Shown here piece after piece: positions 8,423 to 18,605 of a DNA stretch of 58,937 nucleotides (positions within the stretch are counted from its first letter, which is position 1; each line of letters opens with the position of its first letter). The position numbers and the translations under genes were made by a program. The DNA comes from Actinomycetes bacterium (lineage in GTDB: Bacteria; Actinomycetota; Thermoleophilia; Miltoncostaeales; Miltoncostaeaceae): assembly GCA_024639225.1 (NCBI GenBank), contig JAHEIS010000001.1, positions 1 through 58,937 on the forward strand, given 5' to 3'. The notes under the pieces are model-generated. The model saw nothing but the letters and a program-made list of their open reading frames with translations, had not been told where the DNA came from and did no database searches.

Positions 8423-10630
8423 TCACCCACTACCGGGCGACAGCCGATAGGCGTCGAACACCGACTCCAGCTGGCGCAGCGAGCCCACGATCTCGCGGAG
8501 TGTCTCCGGATCGCCGACCTCGACGAGGAAACGGTCATGGACCATCTCCCCGTCCACCCGGCAGGACGCGGTGATGATGTTGCCTCCGTGCTCGCTGAAG
8601 GCCCGTGAGACGTCCTCCAGCAGCCGGGGGCGGTCCCATGCGTCGACGGCGATGTCGACGCGAAATGCCTGCTGGCTGCCACCTGACCACGTCACGTCGG
8701 TGAAACGCTCGGGATTCTTGCGCAGGGCGCCGACGTTGGGGCAGTCTTCACGGTGGACCGTGATGCCCCGGCCGAGCGAGATGTAGCCCACGATGGGATC
8801 GCCGGGGACCGCGTTGCAGCAGCGAGCCATCCGGACAAGCACGTCTGCCAGGCCATCGACCTCGATACCGAGCGAGCTGGACGCGGTCGCCGAGCGCGGT
8901 CGGGGCGCGGTCCGCCCGGCTGGGGCACTGTCCTCGACCTCCTGGCCGGCCTTGAGCCGCTGCATCACCTTGTTGACCACCGTTTCGGTGGAGCTCTTGC
9001 CCAGCCCCAGGGAGATGTAGAAGTCCGCGGCCTTGCTGAAGCCCATCTCCTTGATGATCTCGGCGAGCAGCGACGAGCTCACGACCTTCTGCGAGGGCAG
9101 GCCGGCCCGGCGGAACGCCTCCTTGAGGGCGTCACGCCCGGTGTGCTCCGCCCCTTCCCTCTTCTCCCGGGTCAGGAACTGACGGATCTTCGATCGGGCT
9201 TTGCCGGTCTTGACCAGCGCCAGCCAGTCCCGCGAGGGGGCGCGCCGCGATTTGGCCGTGAGCACCTCGACGATGTCGCCCGACTGGAGCTCGTAGGTGA
9301 GCGGCACGATCCGGCCGTTCACCTTCGCGCCCGCGCAGCGGTGACCGACATCGGTGTGGACGTCGTAGGCGAAGTCGATCGGCGTCGAGCCCACTGGCAG
9401 ATTGCGGACGTCGCCCTTGGGCGTGAAGACGTAGACCTCGCCCTGGAAAAGGTCCGACCGTAGCGTGTCGAGGAACTCAGCCGGATCGGTCGTCTCCTCC
9501 TGCCAGTCCAGCATGCCCCCGAGCCACGGGAGCTCCTCGGCCGGGTCCGCACCGGGGTCCTTGTAGAGCCAGTGGGCCGCCACTCCGAACTCGGCCATCC
9601 GGTGCATGTCGATCGTGCGGATCTGGATCTCGAGCGGCTTGCCCCCGGGGCCGATCACGGTCGTATGGAGGCTCTGGTAGCGATTGATCTTGGGCATCGC
9701 CACGTAGTCCTTGAAGCGCCCCGGCATGGGCTGCCAGAGGCTGTGGACGATGCCCACGGCGCCGTAGCAGTCCTTCACCGAGTCGACCAGCACCCGCATC
9801 GCGGTGAGGTCGTATATCTCGTTGAACTCCTTGCCCCGTCGGGTCATCTTGTCGTAGATCGAGTAGAAGTGCTTCGCCCGACCGGAGATCTCGATGAGGT
9901 TGATTCCGGCCTCGCGCAGGCGCTCCTCCAGGTATTCGCCGGCCTCGGCGACGAAGTGCTCCCGGTCGGTGCGGCGCTGGTCCACCAGGGACTGGATCTC
10001 GGCGTAGCGACGCGGATGGAGGACGGCGAACGAGAGGTCCTCGAGCTCCCACTTGAGCGACGAGATACCCAGGCGGTGCGCGAGAGGCGCGTAGACGTCG
10101 AGCGTCTCGCGTGCCTTCTGGAGCTGCTTGTCCTTCTTGTGGTAGCCGAGCGTGCGCATGTTGTGAAGACGGTCGGCAAGCTTGATGACGAGGACGCGTA
10201 GGTCCTTCGCCATGGCAATGATCAGCTTGCGGTAGTTCTCGGCCTGGTGCTCCTCGCGGCTGTCAAAGGCCAGCTTCGAGAGCTTGGTGACGCCATCGAC
10301 GAGCTGGGCGATCTCGGCCCCGAACTCCCCTTCGACCGCCTCGAGCGTGGCGTCGGTGTCCTCAACGGTGTCGTGCAGCAGGGCCGCGGCGATCGCCGGA
10401 GCGTCGAGTGCCAGATCGGCGCAGATCCGCGCCGCACCCAGGGGGTGAGTGATGAAGGGCTCACCCGAGTGACGACGCTGACCCTCATGGGCCGCGTCGG
10501 CCCACGCGTAGGCCCGGCGGATCAGATCGCCGTCGGTGCCCGGGTGATGGCGCTCGACCTCGCCGACGAGTTCATCGACCCCCGGGGGTGAGCTGCCCGC
10601 GGTGGGGCCCAGTTCAGTACGGCTCGACAT
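8423..10630 (-). CDS. relA: bifunctional (p)ppGpp synthetase/hydrolase RelA/SpoT family
   Basis: HD hydrolase motif (LLHDTVEDT), synthetase core, then TGS and ACT-like C-terminus. I chose ATG at 10630 (MSSRTELGP...); the track start at 11068 over-extends into recJ. Confidence 0.9.
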   Translation of the reverse strand: MSSRTELGPTAGSSPPGVDELVGEVERHHPGTDGDLIRRAYAWADAAHEGQRRHSGEPFITHPLGAARICADLALDAPAIAAALLHDTVEDTDATLEAVEGEFGAEIAQLVDGVTKLSKLAFDSREEHQAENYRKLIIAMAKDLRVLVIKLADRLHNMRTLGYHKKDKQLQKARETLDVYAPLAHRLGISSLKWELEDLSFAVLHPRRYAEIQSLVDQRRTDREHFVAEAGEYLEERLREAGINLIEISGRAKHFYSIYDKMTRRGKEFNEIYDLTAMRVLVDSVKDCYGAVGIVHSLWQPMPGRFKDYVAMPKINRYQSLHTTVIGPGGKPLEIQIRTIDMHRMAEFGVAAHWLYKDPGADPAEELPWLGGMLDWQEETTDPAEFLDTLRSDLFQGEVYVFTPKGDVRNLPVGSTPIDFAYDVHTDVGHRCAGAKVNGRIVPLTYELQSGDIVEVLTAKSRRAPSRDWLALVKTGKARSKIRQFLTREKREGAEHTGRDALKEAFRRAGLPSQKVVSSSLLAEIIKEMGFSKAADFYISLGLGKSSTETVVNKVMQRLKAGQEVEDSAPAGRTAPRPRSATASSSLGIEVDGLADVLVRMARCCNAVPGDPIVGYISLGRGITVHREDCPNVGALRKNPERFTDVTWSGGSQQAFRVDIAVDAWDRPRLLEDVSRAFSEHGGNIITASCRVDGEMVHDRFLVEVGDPETLREIVGSLRQLESVFDAYRLSPGSG

Positions 10631-10653
10631 CTCGTGGATGGTATCGCCCCCGC

Positions 10654-13203
10654 TCACGCCGTCACCCCGGCGCCGTCCCCCGAGGCCCGCACATCGAGCG
10701 TCCGGTGGCGGGCCAGGAGAGCGCGGGCGGCCGACAGGCGTCCACGCAGCGCCCGGAAGACCGCCGACTCCTCGAGTTCCCGTGGACCCGACCCGGGATT
10801 CAGGCGGAGGGTGCCATCGGCCTCGACGGCCACGAGTCCCAACTCCCGCAGGACGGCGGCCGCCCGCCCGAGGGCGAGGAGATCGCCGCCCGCCCCAGCG
10901 ATCAGGCTGTCGTCGACGGGGCGGGGCCCATCGCGCAGCGCGGACCAGAGCAGACGGGCCGTCGCGGTCACGTCCAGCCGACGGTCGATCACCGACTCGG
11001 CGAACGCAGCCTCGTCCCCGCCCCAGACGAGATGGAGCCAGTGGCCGTCCGCGCGCCGACCCAGCCAATCCGCCAGAGCTGGCTCGGCGGGCGGATCGAG
11101 GGCCACGATGTGGACGTCGTCGGGAATGGCGATCTCCGGCAGCAACTCGTACTCGATCAGCGCGAAGACCGCTCCCGCCGCCGGCGAGAGCGCCCTGGTG
11201 ACGGTGTCCGGGGAGTGGCCCGCGCGAGCGACGACCACATGCTCGACATCGAGCCGGTCGGGCGCCAGAACGCCGCTGAGCGCGCCGGCCCGGCGAGCCG
11301 CATCAGCCACGACCGCCACCACGCCCCGATCCGCTCCCGACAGACCCACGATCCGGGTGAGACCGGCGTCCTCTCCCCGAAGGTCGATGAGCTCTCGGGG
11401 CTCGCCGGCGCCGGCCGCCGGGATCGGTTCCGCACCGCGATCGATGAGCTCGGCCACGGGCCGGGGCGCCAGGTCGGCGGGCGGGGGGTGTGGTGGACGA
11501 TCATCCGCGAGGGCGGCGATCCCCTGGATCTGGACGCGGGCGCCGACCCTGTCCTGCCAGCGCTCGACTTCCAAGCCGGTCACCAGGTCGTGCCGGGCCT
11601 CGGGGTCGAGCGACGCGGCGCGCTCGCCCTGCGAGAAGCCGACCGCGCGCGCGTGGGCGCCCGCAGAGTGAACCCGAAGCTGGAGGTGACGCCCGCCACC
11701 CACACGGCGCACGTCCGAGATCCGCGCGCCCGGGATCGCCAGGCGGACGGCGGGATTGCCTCGCCCGAAGGGCGCGAGGCCCTCAAAGGCCTCGGCCGTA
11801 CCCAGGGTGAGGTCGGACCCGCCCACGACGGCGTCGACCGTCCGGATCCGCGAGCGCTCGATCTGGGCGCGATGGCCCTCTGCGCTGGCCGAGAGCTCCC
11901 TCCGGAAGTCGGGGATGCGCTCGGCGGGGAGCTGGAGACCCACGGCCCCCTCGTGTCCGCCCCACCCCTCGAGCGGAGAATCCGCCCCCGCCACGATCCC
12001 GTGAAGATCGACGCCCGGCACGCTGCGGCCCGAGCCCTTGGCCTCATCGCCCGAGATCGCGATGACGACCGACGGGCGGGCGAAGCGCTCGGCCAGACGG
12101 GAGGCGACGATCCCCACGACGCCCTCATGCCAGCCGTCCCCCGCAGCCACGAGGGCTGCGGCCTCGCGTTGTTCGGGTGGGGCGGCCTCGATCTGCGCGA
12201 TCGCTTCCTCGGTGATACGCCGCTCGATCTCCCGCCGCTCGCTGTTGAGGCGCCAGAGATCACGGCCGAGGGGGTCGGCGGTCCCGGCATCCGTGCTGAG
12301 GAGCAGGTCGAGCGCGCGATCCGGACGCTCCAGTCGGCCCACGGCGTTGATGGCCGGCGCCAGGGTGAAACCCAGGGTTCGGGCGTTGGCCCATCGGTGA
12401 TCCGATTCGGCTGCCCGGAAGAGGGCGGCAATACCGGTGCGCGGGCGCTCGCGGATCGCGGCCAGACCACGGGCGACCAGGCGGCGGTTCTCACCCACCA
12501 ACGGCACGGAGTCGGCGACGGTCGCGAGGCCGACGAGATCCAGCTCGTCCTCCGGTGGCGCGGCGAGTACACCGGAACCGTCCCGCTCCGCCAGAGCCCG
12601 CACGATCGTGAACACGACGCCTGCCGCGGCCGGAGCGTCATCGGGAGGCCGACCCAGGGCGGGGTTCACCAGGATGGCGTCCGGCCGCCGCCCGCCGGCG
12701 AGGTGGTGGTCGGCCACGATCACGTCCATCCCCGCAGCCCGGGCGCGCGCGATCGGCTCCTCGGCGCTGGTCCCGCAGTCCACGCAGACCAGGAGCTCGA
12801 TCCCCTCCTCGATGAACGTGTCAATGGTCTGGACCGCGACGCCGTAGCCCTCGACGAAGCGGCTCGGCAGGAACGTGCGGACTCTCCCGCCGCGCGCGCG
12901 CAGCGCGCGCGTCAGGATCGCCGTCGAACAGACGCCGTCGCAGTCGTAGTCCCCGTGGACGGCGATGAGCTCGTCGTGCTCGAGCGCCCGCTCCAGCCGG
13001 GCGGCGGCTTCAGGGGCACCGGCGAGGGTCTCCGGGGGCCTCAACGGTCCGTCGGAGGCCATGAACTCGCGCGCCGCGTCGGGGTCGCCCAAGCCTCGTC
13101 GCACGAGCGTCCAGGCGAGCGGCTCGGGGCACTCGAGCGCATCTGCGACCGCGCGCACGTCGGAGAACGCGACCCGTTTGGCTGTCCAGAGCACGGTCGC
13201 CAC
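10654..13203 (-). CDS. recJ: single-stranded-DNA-specific exonuclease RecJ (long form)
   Basis: DHH motifs (IAVHGDYDCDGVCS...DCG...VADHH) and a DHHA1 region, followed by about 280 extra C-terminal residues. An alternative GTG at 13194 has better spacing from GGGAGG. Confidence 0.85.
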   Translation of the reverse strand: MATVLWTAKRVAFSDVRAVADALECPEPLAWTLVRRGLGDPDAAREFMASDGPLRPPETLAGAPEAAARLERALEHDELIAVHGDYDCDGVCSTAILTRALRARGGRVRTFLPSRFVEGYGVAVQTIDTFIEEGIELLVCVDCGTSAEEPIARARAAGMDVIVADHHLAGGRRPDAILVNPALGRPPDDAPAAAGVVFTIVRALAERDGSGVLAAPPEDELDLVGLATVADSVPLVGENRRLVARGLAAIRERPRTGIAALFRAAESDHRWANARTLGFTLAPAINAVGRLERPDRALDLLLSTDAGTADPLGRDLWRLNSERREIERRITEEAIAQIEAAPPEQREAAALVAAGDGWHEGVVGIVASRLAERFARPSVVIAISGDEAKGSGRSVPGVDLHGIVAGADSPLEGWGGHEGAVGLQLPAERIPDFRRELSASAEGHRAQIERSRIRTVDAVVGGSDLTLGTAEAFEGLAPFGRGNPAVRLAIPGARISDVRRVGGGRHLQLRVHSAGAHARAVGFSQGERAASLDPEARHDLVTGLEVERWQDRVGARVQIQGIAALADDRPPHPPPADLAPRPVAELIDRGAEPIPAAGAGEPRELIDLRGEDAGLTRIVGLSGADRGVVAVVADAARRAGALSGVLAPDRLDVEHVVVARAGHSPDTVTRALSPAAGAVFALIEYELLPEIAIPDDVHIVALDPPAEPALADWLGRRADGHWLHLVWGGDEAAFAESVIDRRLDVTATARLLWSALRDGPRPVDDSLIAGAGGDLLALGRAAAVLRELGLVAVEADGTLRLNPGSGPRELEESAVFRALRGRLSAARALLARHRTLDVRASGDGAGVTA

Positions 13204-13264
13204 CTCCCTCAGATTCCCGGCCGGCGGACGGCGTCAGGCTACAGGCAGGCTCCGCGGAGCTGCG

Positions 13265-16105
13265 TTACCGCTTGCGCCGGACCCGCTGGTGGCGGCGCGG
13301 GTGACCGCTACCCCCGCCCCGGGCGCGACGCTTCGGGCGCTCGCTACCGTCGGGCTCGTCGTCGGCAGCGGCCGGGGGCTCGGGCGAAGGGTCATCCGGA
13401 TCCGGGCGGGCAGGCGCGCCGCCGTCCGGCTCGGGGTCGTCATCGCCGTCGGGCGGTAGCGGCTCCTCGCCCTCGGCCAGAAGACCGCTGACCGCGTCCG
13501 GATCGCCGGCCTCGCCGGACTCGAGGGCCATCTCGGCGCGGGTCAGCGCCTCCTCGTCGACGATGTCCGAATCACCGCCCGCGGCGATCAGCGCGCGGCG
13601 CTTCTCCTCGGCGGTCGGCTTGGCGCGGGCCGCTCCCTCTCGCTCCTTCCAGAGCGCGGCGAGGGGCGCGGCGATCACGATCGACGACGCGCCACCGCTG
13701 AAGATCCCCACCCCGAGGGCGAACGCGAAGTCCTGGAGGGTCTCACCACCGAAGAAGTACAGCGCGATGATCGGCACCAGCGTCGTGAAGGTCGTGATCA
13801 GGGACCGCGACAGGACCTCGCGGATCGAGCGGTTGACCACGTCACGATAGGGGCGGCCGCGGAGAATCGGAACGTTCTCCCGGATGCGGTCGAAGACGAT
13901 CACCACGTCGTACAGCGAGTACCCGAGCACGGTGAGCAGCGCGGCAACCGTCGCGGCCGTGACCTCCCGCCCGGTGAACGCATAGATCGACACCGACAGC
14001 AGGACGTCCTGGACGACGCTGAGCATCGCCGGGAACGCGAGCTTGTACTCGAAGCGCACCGAGAGATAGATCGCGATGGCGATGAACGACAGGATGATCG
14101 CCGTGATCGCCTTGTCGATGATCTGGCGGCCGAAGGTGGGGCCGACGAGCGTGAACTCATCGGTTGTCGACTGGCCGAAGCGTTCCTCAAGAGCCGACGT
14201 GACCTGGGCGCGCGCCTCGGTCTGGAGGGTCTCGGTCGTGATCTGATAGCCGGTCTCGGCCGGGCCACCGCCCTCGCTGGCGACCTCCGTCGCCTGGACC
14301 TTCGCGGTGTAGCCGAGGTCGCTGAAGACGTCCCGGACCTCCTCCTCCGACGGCTGCTCCTCGAACTGGATCGTCAGCCGGGTCCCACTCTCGAAGTCGA
14401 GACCGAGATTGAGACCGTTGACCCCGATCCAGCCCATCCCGACGATGATCGGGACGAAGCTGATCGCCAGCCACAGCTTCCAGCGCTTGACCCAGTCCAT
14501 GTCCCAGCCGGGCTGCTTCATGTTGAGCCCCATGAAGCGGTCATCGCGCAGAACGCGGGTGTCAGCGATCACGCCGAAGACGGCGCGGGTCGCAACGACG
14601 GCCGTGAAGAATGACAGGAGCACACCGACGAAGAGCGTGAAGGCGAAGCCCTTGACGCCCGCGGTGGCGAAGAGGAAGAGGATCGCGGCCGTCGCGAGGG
14701 TCACGACGTTGGCGTCGATGATCGCCCCGATTCCCTTCTTGTAGCCGTTGAGGATTGCGACCCGCGGCGCCTGGCCGGCACGCGACTCCTCGCGGACGCG
14801 CTCGAAGATGACGACGTTCGCATCCGAGGCGATACCGATGGTCAGGATGATTCCCGCGATACCCGGGAGCGTCAGCGTGACGGGCACGAGTTCGATGACC
14901 GCGAAGAGCAGCGCCGCGTAGATCAGGAGCGCCAGCGCGGCCACCAGCCCGAGGACGCGGTAGTAGGCCAGCAGGAACAGCAGCACGAGGATCAGGCCCA
15001 CCACGCCGGCGACGAGGCCCTGTCTGAGGGACTCCTTGCCGAGCGTCGCGGACACGGACTTCACACTGATCTCGTTGAGCTCGATCGGAATCGCCCCGGA
15101 GTTCAGCTGGCTGGCGAGGCGTTGGGCCTCGCTCTGGCTGAAGTTGCCCTCGATGCTGCCGCCGCTGCGCAGCCCGTTCGGGAAGCGGTTGGGATCGACG
15201 GTGACGTTGCTGACGATCTCGCCGTCGAGCACCGCCGAGAAGCGTTCGGCAGACCCGTTGAGCAGGCTCGCTTGCGCGACGTCACGCGTCAGATCACCGA
15301 AGTCGTCTTCGCCCTTGTCCGAGAAGGACAGGTTGACCACGGGGTCGGGGTCGCCGATGCCCGAGTTGTCGATCGCCACGACGGCGCGTGTGATGTCCGC
15401 GCCGAACGCCCGCGGCTCGTCGTGCAGGAGGAACCAGCGGGTGGCCGTCGCGCCACCGGTCCCGATCGGCTGCTCCTCGAAGATGGTCACGAACCCGGCC
15501 GGCAGCGTCCGCTCGACGCTCCCCCCGGGCTTCCCGTTGGGGAAGCGGTCGGACACCCGTTCATCGAAGGTGTCGCGATCGGTCTCGGGACCGACGAGGA
15601 GGGCCCGCTCCGGGGACTTCCCGAACAGGTAGTAGCGCTCGGCGCCCCGATCGGATTGGCGCCGGACGGTCTGCGCCTCCTCGACCGCGTCGAAGAGCCG
15701 CTCGAACGCCTCGGGCTCCCGGGGCGTCTGGCCGGAGATTCCGCTCTCATCGAAGTGGTAGAAGATCAGCTGGGCCGGGCGCACCAGGTCACGCACGACC
15801 TGCTGCTGATCGTCTCCCTCGACGCCGGGGAGCGCGACAATGATCTGGTCCGGGTCCTGGCGCTGGATCTCGGGCTCGGCGACGCCGAAGGCGTCGACGC
15901 GGCCACGGATGACCTCGATCGACCGGTCCAGGGCCTCGGCATTGACCTCGGCCTCGGGCGTGGGCGACCCTTGCAGGACGACCTCGACCCCTCCTTGGAG
16001 GTCAAGCCCCAGGACGGTCGGCCGGATCGCGATCGCCACCAGGGAGGCCGCCACGAGGCCGAGGACAACGGCCAGCAGCAGGAGAGAGCGCTTGAACGGG
16101 CTCAC
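13265..16105 (-). CDS. secDF: fused protein translocase subunit SecDF
   Basis: SecD N-terminus (LGLDLQGGVEVVLQG) and 6 TM helices are followed by a SecF module (GLNLGLDFESGT... and 6 TM helices) in a single ORF, plus a 126-aa charged tail. Confidence 0.9.
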   Translation of the reverse strand: MSPFKRSLLLLAVVLGLVAASLVAIAIRPTVLGLDLQGGVEVVLQGSPTPEAEVNAEALDRSIEVIRGRVDAFGVAEPEIQRQDPDQIIVALPGVEGDDQQQVVRDLVRPAQLIFYHFDESGISGQTPREPEAFERLFDAVEEAQTVRRQSDRGAERYYLFGKSPERALLVGPETDRDTFDERVSDRFPNGKPGGSVERTLPAGFVTIFEEQPIGTGGATATRWFLLHDEPRAFGADITRAVVAIDNSGIGDPDPVVNLSFSDKGEDDFGDLTRDVAQASLLNGSAERFSAVLDGEIVSNVTVDPNRFPNGLRSGGSIEGNFSQSEAQRLASQLNSGAIPIELNEISVKSVSATLGKESLRQGLVAGVVGLILVLLFLLAYYRVLGLVAALALLIYAALLFAVIELVPVTLTLPGIAGIILTIGIASDANVVIFERVREESRAGQAPRVAILNGYKKGIGAIIDANVVTLATAAILFLFATAGVKGFAFTLFVGVLLSFFTAVVATRAVFGVIADTRVLRDDRFMGLNMKQPGWDMDWVKRWKLWLAISFVPIIVGMGWIGVNGLNLGLDFESGTRLTIQFEEQPSEEEVRDVFSDLGYTAKVQATEVASEGGGPAETGYQITTETLQTEARAQVTSALEERFGQSTTDEFTLVGPTFGRQIIDKAITAIILSFIAIAIYLSVRFEYKLAFPAMLSVVQDVLLSVSIYAFTGREVTAATVAALLTVLGYSLYDVVIVFDRIRENVPILRGRPYRDVVNRSIREVLSRSLITTFTTLVPIIALYFFGGETLQDFAFALGVGIFSGGASSIVIAAPLAALWKEREGAARAKPTAEEKRRALIAAGGDSDIVDEEALTRAEMALESGEAGDPDAVSGLLAEGEEPLPPDGDDDPEPDGGAPARPDPDDPSPEPPAAADDEPDGSERPKRRARGGGSGHPRRHQRVRRKR

Positions 16106-16402
16106 CTAGGTGGCCTCGGGGCTTTCGGGAGCGTCGGATTCGGGTGGGACCACGCGGGCGATCGAAGCCTTGGCGATCCGGATGTCGGTGTCCTCGGCGA
16201 TCTCCAGGAGGATCGTCTCCCCGTCTTCGACCTCGGTCACCGTGCCGTAGATCCCGGAAACCGTGACGATCTCATCCCCGGGGGCGAGGGCGCTGAGGAT
16301 CGAGTCGAGCTGCTTGCGGCGGCGCGACTGGGGGCGAATCGCCACCAGCCAGATCAGGCCGATGAAGATCGCGAAATAGATGATCAGGAGCGAGGCGTCC
16401 AC
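16106..16402 (-). CDS. yajC: preprotein translocase subunit YajC
   Basis: One TM helix, then RPQSRRRKQLDSILSALAPGDEIVTVSGIYGTVTEV, the YajC signature. Its stop directly abuts the secDF GTG (TAGGTG). Confidence 0.85.
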   Translation of the reverse strand: MDASLLIIYFAIFIGLIWLVAIRPQSRRRKQLDSILSALAPGDEIVTVSGIYGTVTEVEDGETILLEIAEDTDIRIAKASIARVVPPESDAPESPEAT

Positions 16403-16509
16403 GGGGCGTCAGCTCAACGGGCAGGAGTGGGTCACAGGGAAAAAGACAGGCGACGTTAGCACGGGGTATCGCGCGGCCACACAACCCGTCGGGTCCGGCT
16501 CCGGCCGCC

Positions 16510-17538
16510 TCAGAACAGGTTCGCCTGGTCGTCCGACGGCGGCTCGTGACCCAGATGGCGGTAGGCCCGCGGGGTCGCGACCCGACCGCGCGGCGTCCGC
16601 TTGATCAGGCCCTCCTGGAGCAGAAACGGTTCATAGACATCCTCGATGGTGTCGGAGGCCTCGCCGATCGCGTCGGCGAGCGTCCCGAGACCCACCGGCA
16701 GCCCCTCGAAGGTGACGATCAGGCGCTCGAGTATCTGGCGGTCGATGTCCTCGAGGCCCAGGTTGTCGACGCGCAGGAGGGTGAGCGCCTCCTGTGTCAC
16801 GCTGTCATCGATCACGCGGGCGCCCGAGACTTGCGCGACGTCGCGCACGCGCCGCAGGAGGCGGTTCGCGATCCGCGGCGTCCCCCGGGCCCTGCCGGCC
16901 ATCGCCAGCGCGCCCTCCGGGCTGACCTCGACGTCCATCAGTCCGGCGGAGCGCTGGATGATCTCGGCCAGCTCCTCGCGGTTGTAGTACTCGAGGCGCT
17001 GGACGACGCCGAAGCGTCCGAGCAGCGGCGTCGTCAACAGACCGGTCCGCGTGGTCGCCCCGACGAGCGTGAAGGGCGGCAGATCCAAGCGGAGCGTCCG
17101 TGCGGCCGGACCCTGACCGAGCATCACGTCGAGCTTGAAGTCCTCCATGGCCGGATACAGGACTTCCTCGACCGCCCGGTTGAGGCGGTGGATCTCGTCG
17201 ATGAAAAGCACGTCGCGCGGCTCGAGCGCGGTGAGGACCGCCGCCAGATCCCCCTTGCGCTCCAAGACCGGGCCGCTGGTGATGTGAAAGCCGACGTCGA
17301 GCTCACGGGCGACGATCGCCGCCAGTGAGGTCTTACCGAGACCCGGGGGGCCCGCGAGCAGCGTGTGGTCCAGCGCCTCGTCGCGCTGCCGCGCGGCCTC
17401 GAGGAAGATGCCCATGCGCTCCCGCACGCCCTCCTGGCCGATGAACTCGTCGAGGGTCGCGGGGCGCAGGGTCCGCTCGACCTCGTCCTCCCCGGCCGCT
17501 TCGGCCGCCGCGGTGAGGCGATCGGCCGGGTCGGTCAT
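16510..17538 (-). CDS. ruvB: Holliday junction branch migration helicase RuvB
   Basis: [13 protein letters not shown]..., Walker [12 protein letters not shown] and [12 protein letters not shown] overlap with the ruvA stop. Confidence 0.95.
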   Translation of the reverse strand: MTDPADRLTAAAEAAGEDEVERTLRPATLDEFIGQEGVRERMGIFLEAARQRDEALDHTLLAGPPGLGKTSLAAIVARELDVGFHITSGPVLERKGDLAAVLTALEPRDVLFIDEIHRLNRAVEEVLYPAMEDFKLDVMLGQGPAARTLRLDLPPFTLVGATTRTGLLTTPLLGRFGVVQRLEYYNREELAEIIQRSAGLMDVEVSPEGALAMAGRARGTPRIANRLLRRVRDVAQVSGARVIDDSVTQEALTLLRVDNLGLEDIDRQILERLIVTFEGLPVGLGTLADAIGEASDTIEDVYEPFLLQEGLIKRTPRGRVATPRAYRHLGHEPPSDDQANLF

Positions 17539-18107
17539 CGGCGCAACCTCGTCAGGGCATGGCGTACGAGCGCGGCCCCGTCGAGCTCGGCGGGAGCCCC
17601 GTTGAGTGCCGCGGCGACCTCATCCGGGGCGAAGCCCAGCCCGAGCAGACCTTCCCGGGCCTCGCCGACGCCGTTGTTCGGATCGGCCGACGAGCCGGTC
17701 TCACCGCCGGGCAGCCGGTCGCGCAGCTCCACGATGATCCTCTCCGCGGTCCGCTTGCCGACCCCGGGCGCCGTCTGCAGGAAGGCCGCATCGCCTCCGG
17801 CAACAGCACGCCGTAGGGCGTCGGCGCTGTCGAGCCCGCACACCGCCAGGGCCAGCCGGGGGCCGATGCCGCTGACCCCGATGAGCGCCTCGAAGACCTC
17901 GCGCTCCGCCGCCGTGGAGAAACCGTAGAGATCAAGAGCGTCCTCCCGTACGACCAGGTGCGTCAGGACGTCAGCTTCGGATCCGACATCCGGCAGCGCC
18001 GAGATCGTCGTCGCGGACGTTCGCAGGCGCAGGCCGACCCCGCCGACCTCGACCACAGCGCCCTCCACGTCGAGGGCGGTCACACGTCCTCGGACCGAGC
18101 GGATCAT
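17535..18107 (-). CDS. ruvA: Holliday junction DNA-binding protein RuvA
   Basis: [28 protein letters not shown]..., HhH motifs ([22 protein letters not shown]) and a C-terminal domain III. Confidence 0.9.
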   Translation of the reverse strand: MIRSVRGRVTALDVEGAVVEVGGVGLRLRTSATTISALPDVGSEADVLTHLVVREDALDLYGFSTAAEREVFEALIGVSGIGPRLALAVCGLDSADALRRAVAGGDAAFLQTAPGVGKRTAERIIVELRDRLPGGETGSSADPNNGVGEAREGLLGLGFAPDEVAAALNGAPAELDGAALVRHALTRLRR

Positions 18108-18116
18108 GGAACGACG

Positions 18117-18605
18117 CTAGCGCTGAGCGCGGATGGCGCGGGCGAGTCCGCCGCTGGCGAAGTGGCAGATCGCGGCCGCCGTCGCATCGGCGACGTGATC
18201 GTTCTCGGGCGCCTGTCCGACCAGTGCGGTCACCATCGTCCGGACCTGCCCCTTATCGGCGCGGCCGCTGCTGGTGACCGCCTTCTTGATCGTGGTCGGC
18301 GGGTACTCGGTCACCGGGATGCCTGCTCCCGCCAGCGCCGCCAGGATGGCGCCGCGGGCCTCGGCCATCGCCATGGCGCTGCGGCTCACCGGATGGACGT
18401 ACCAGGACTCGATCGCCGCGGTCTCGATGTCCTGCCGGTCGGTGAGGTCGGTGATGCCGGAGTGGAGGATGTTCAGGCGCACCGCCTGCTCCTGGCGTGG
18501 CGAGGTGCGGAGCATGCCCCATTCGGCGCACCGCAGGCTCCCCGGGCGCCCGTCCACCACGGCGAAGCCCGTTGAGGCGAGCCCCGGATCGATCCCGAGA
18601 ATCAG
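18117..18605 (-). CDS. ruvC: crossover junction endodeoxyribonuclease RuvC (non-canonical start inferred)
   Basis: The track ORF starts at GTG 18560. The same frame upstream encodes (L)ILGIDPGLASTGFAVVD, the conserved catalytic N-terminus. The only start-like codons there are CTG 18605..18603 and ATT 18602..18600. Confidence 0.8.
   Translation of the reverse strand: MILGIDPGLASTGFAVVDGRPGSLRCAEWGMLRTSPRQEQAVRLNILHSGITDLTDRQDIETAAIESWYVHPVSRSAMAMAEARGAILAALAGAGIPVTEYPPTTIKKAVTSSGRADKGQVRTMVTALVGQAPENDHVADATAAAICHFASGGLARAIRAQR

Noticed and set aside
10588-13491. A 967-aa plus-strand ORF, plus 10602..11201, 10634..11671, 11580..12641 and similar, covering the recJ region.
   Set aside because: These are antisense or out-of-frame shadows of recJ and secDF. 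The translations are low-complexity Arg/Pro/Gly/Ala strings with no motifs, whereas the minus-strand frame gives clean RecJ DHH motifs. Long stop-free shadow frames are expected in DNA this GC-rich.
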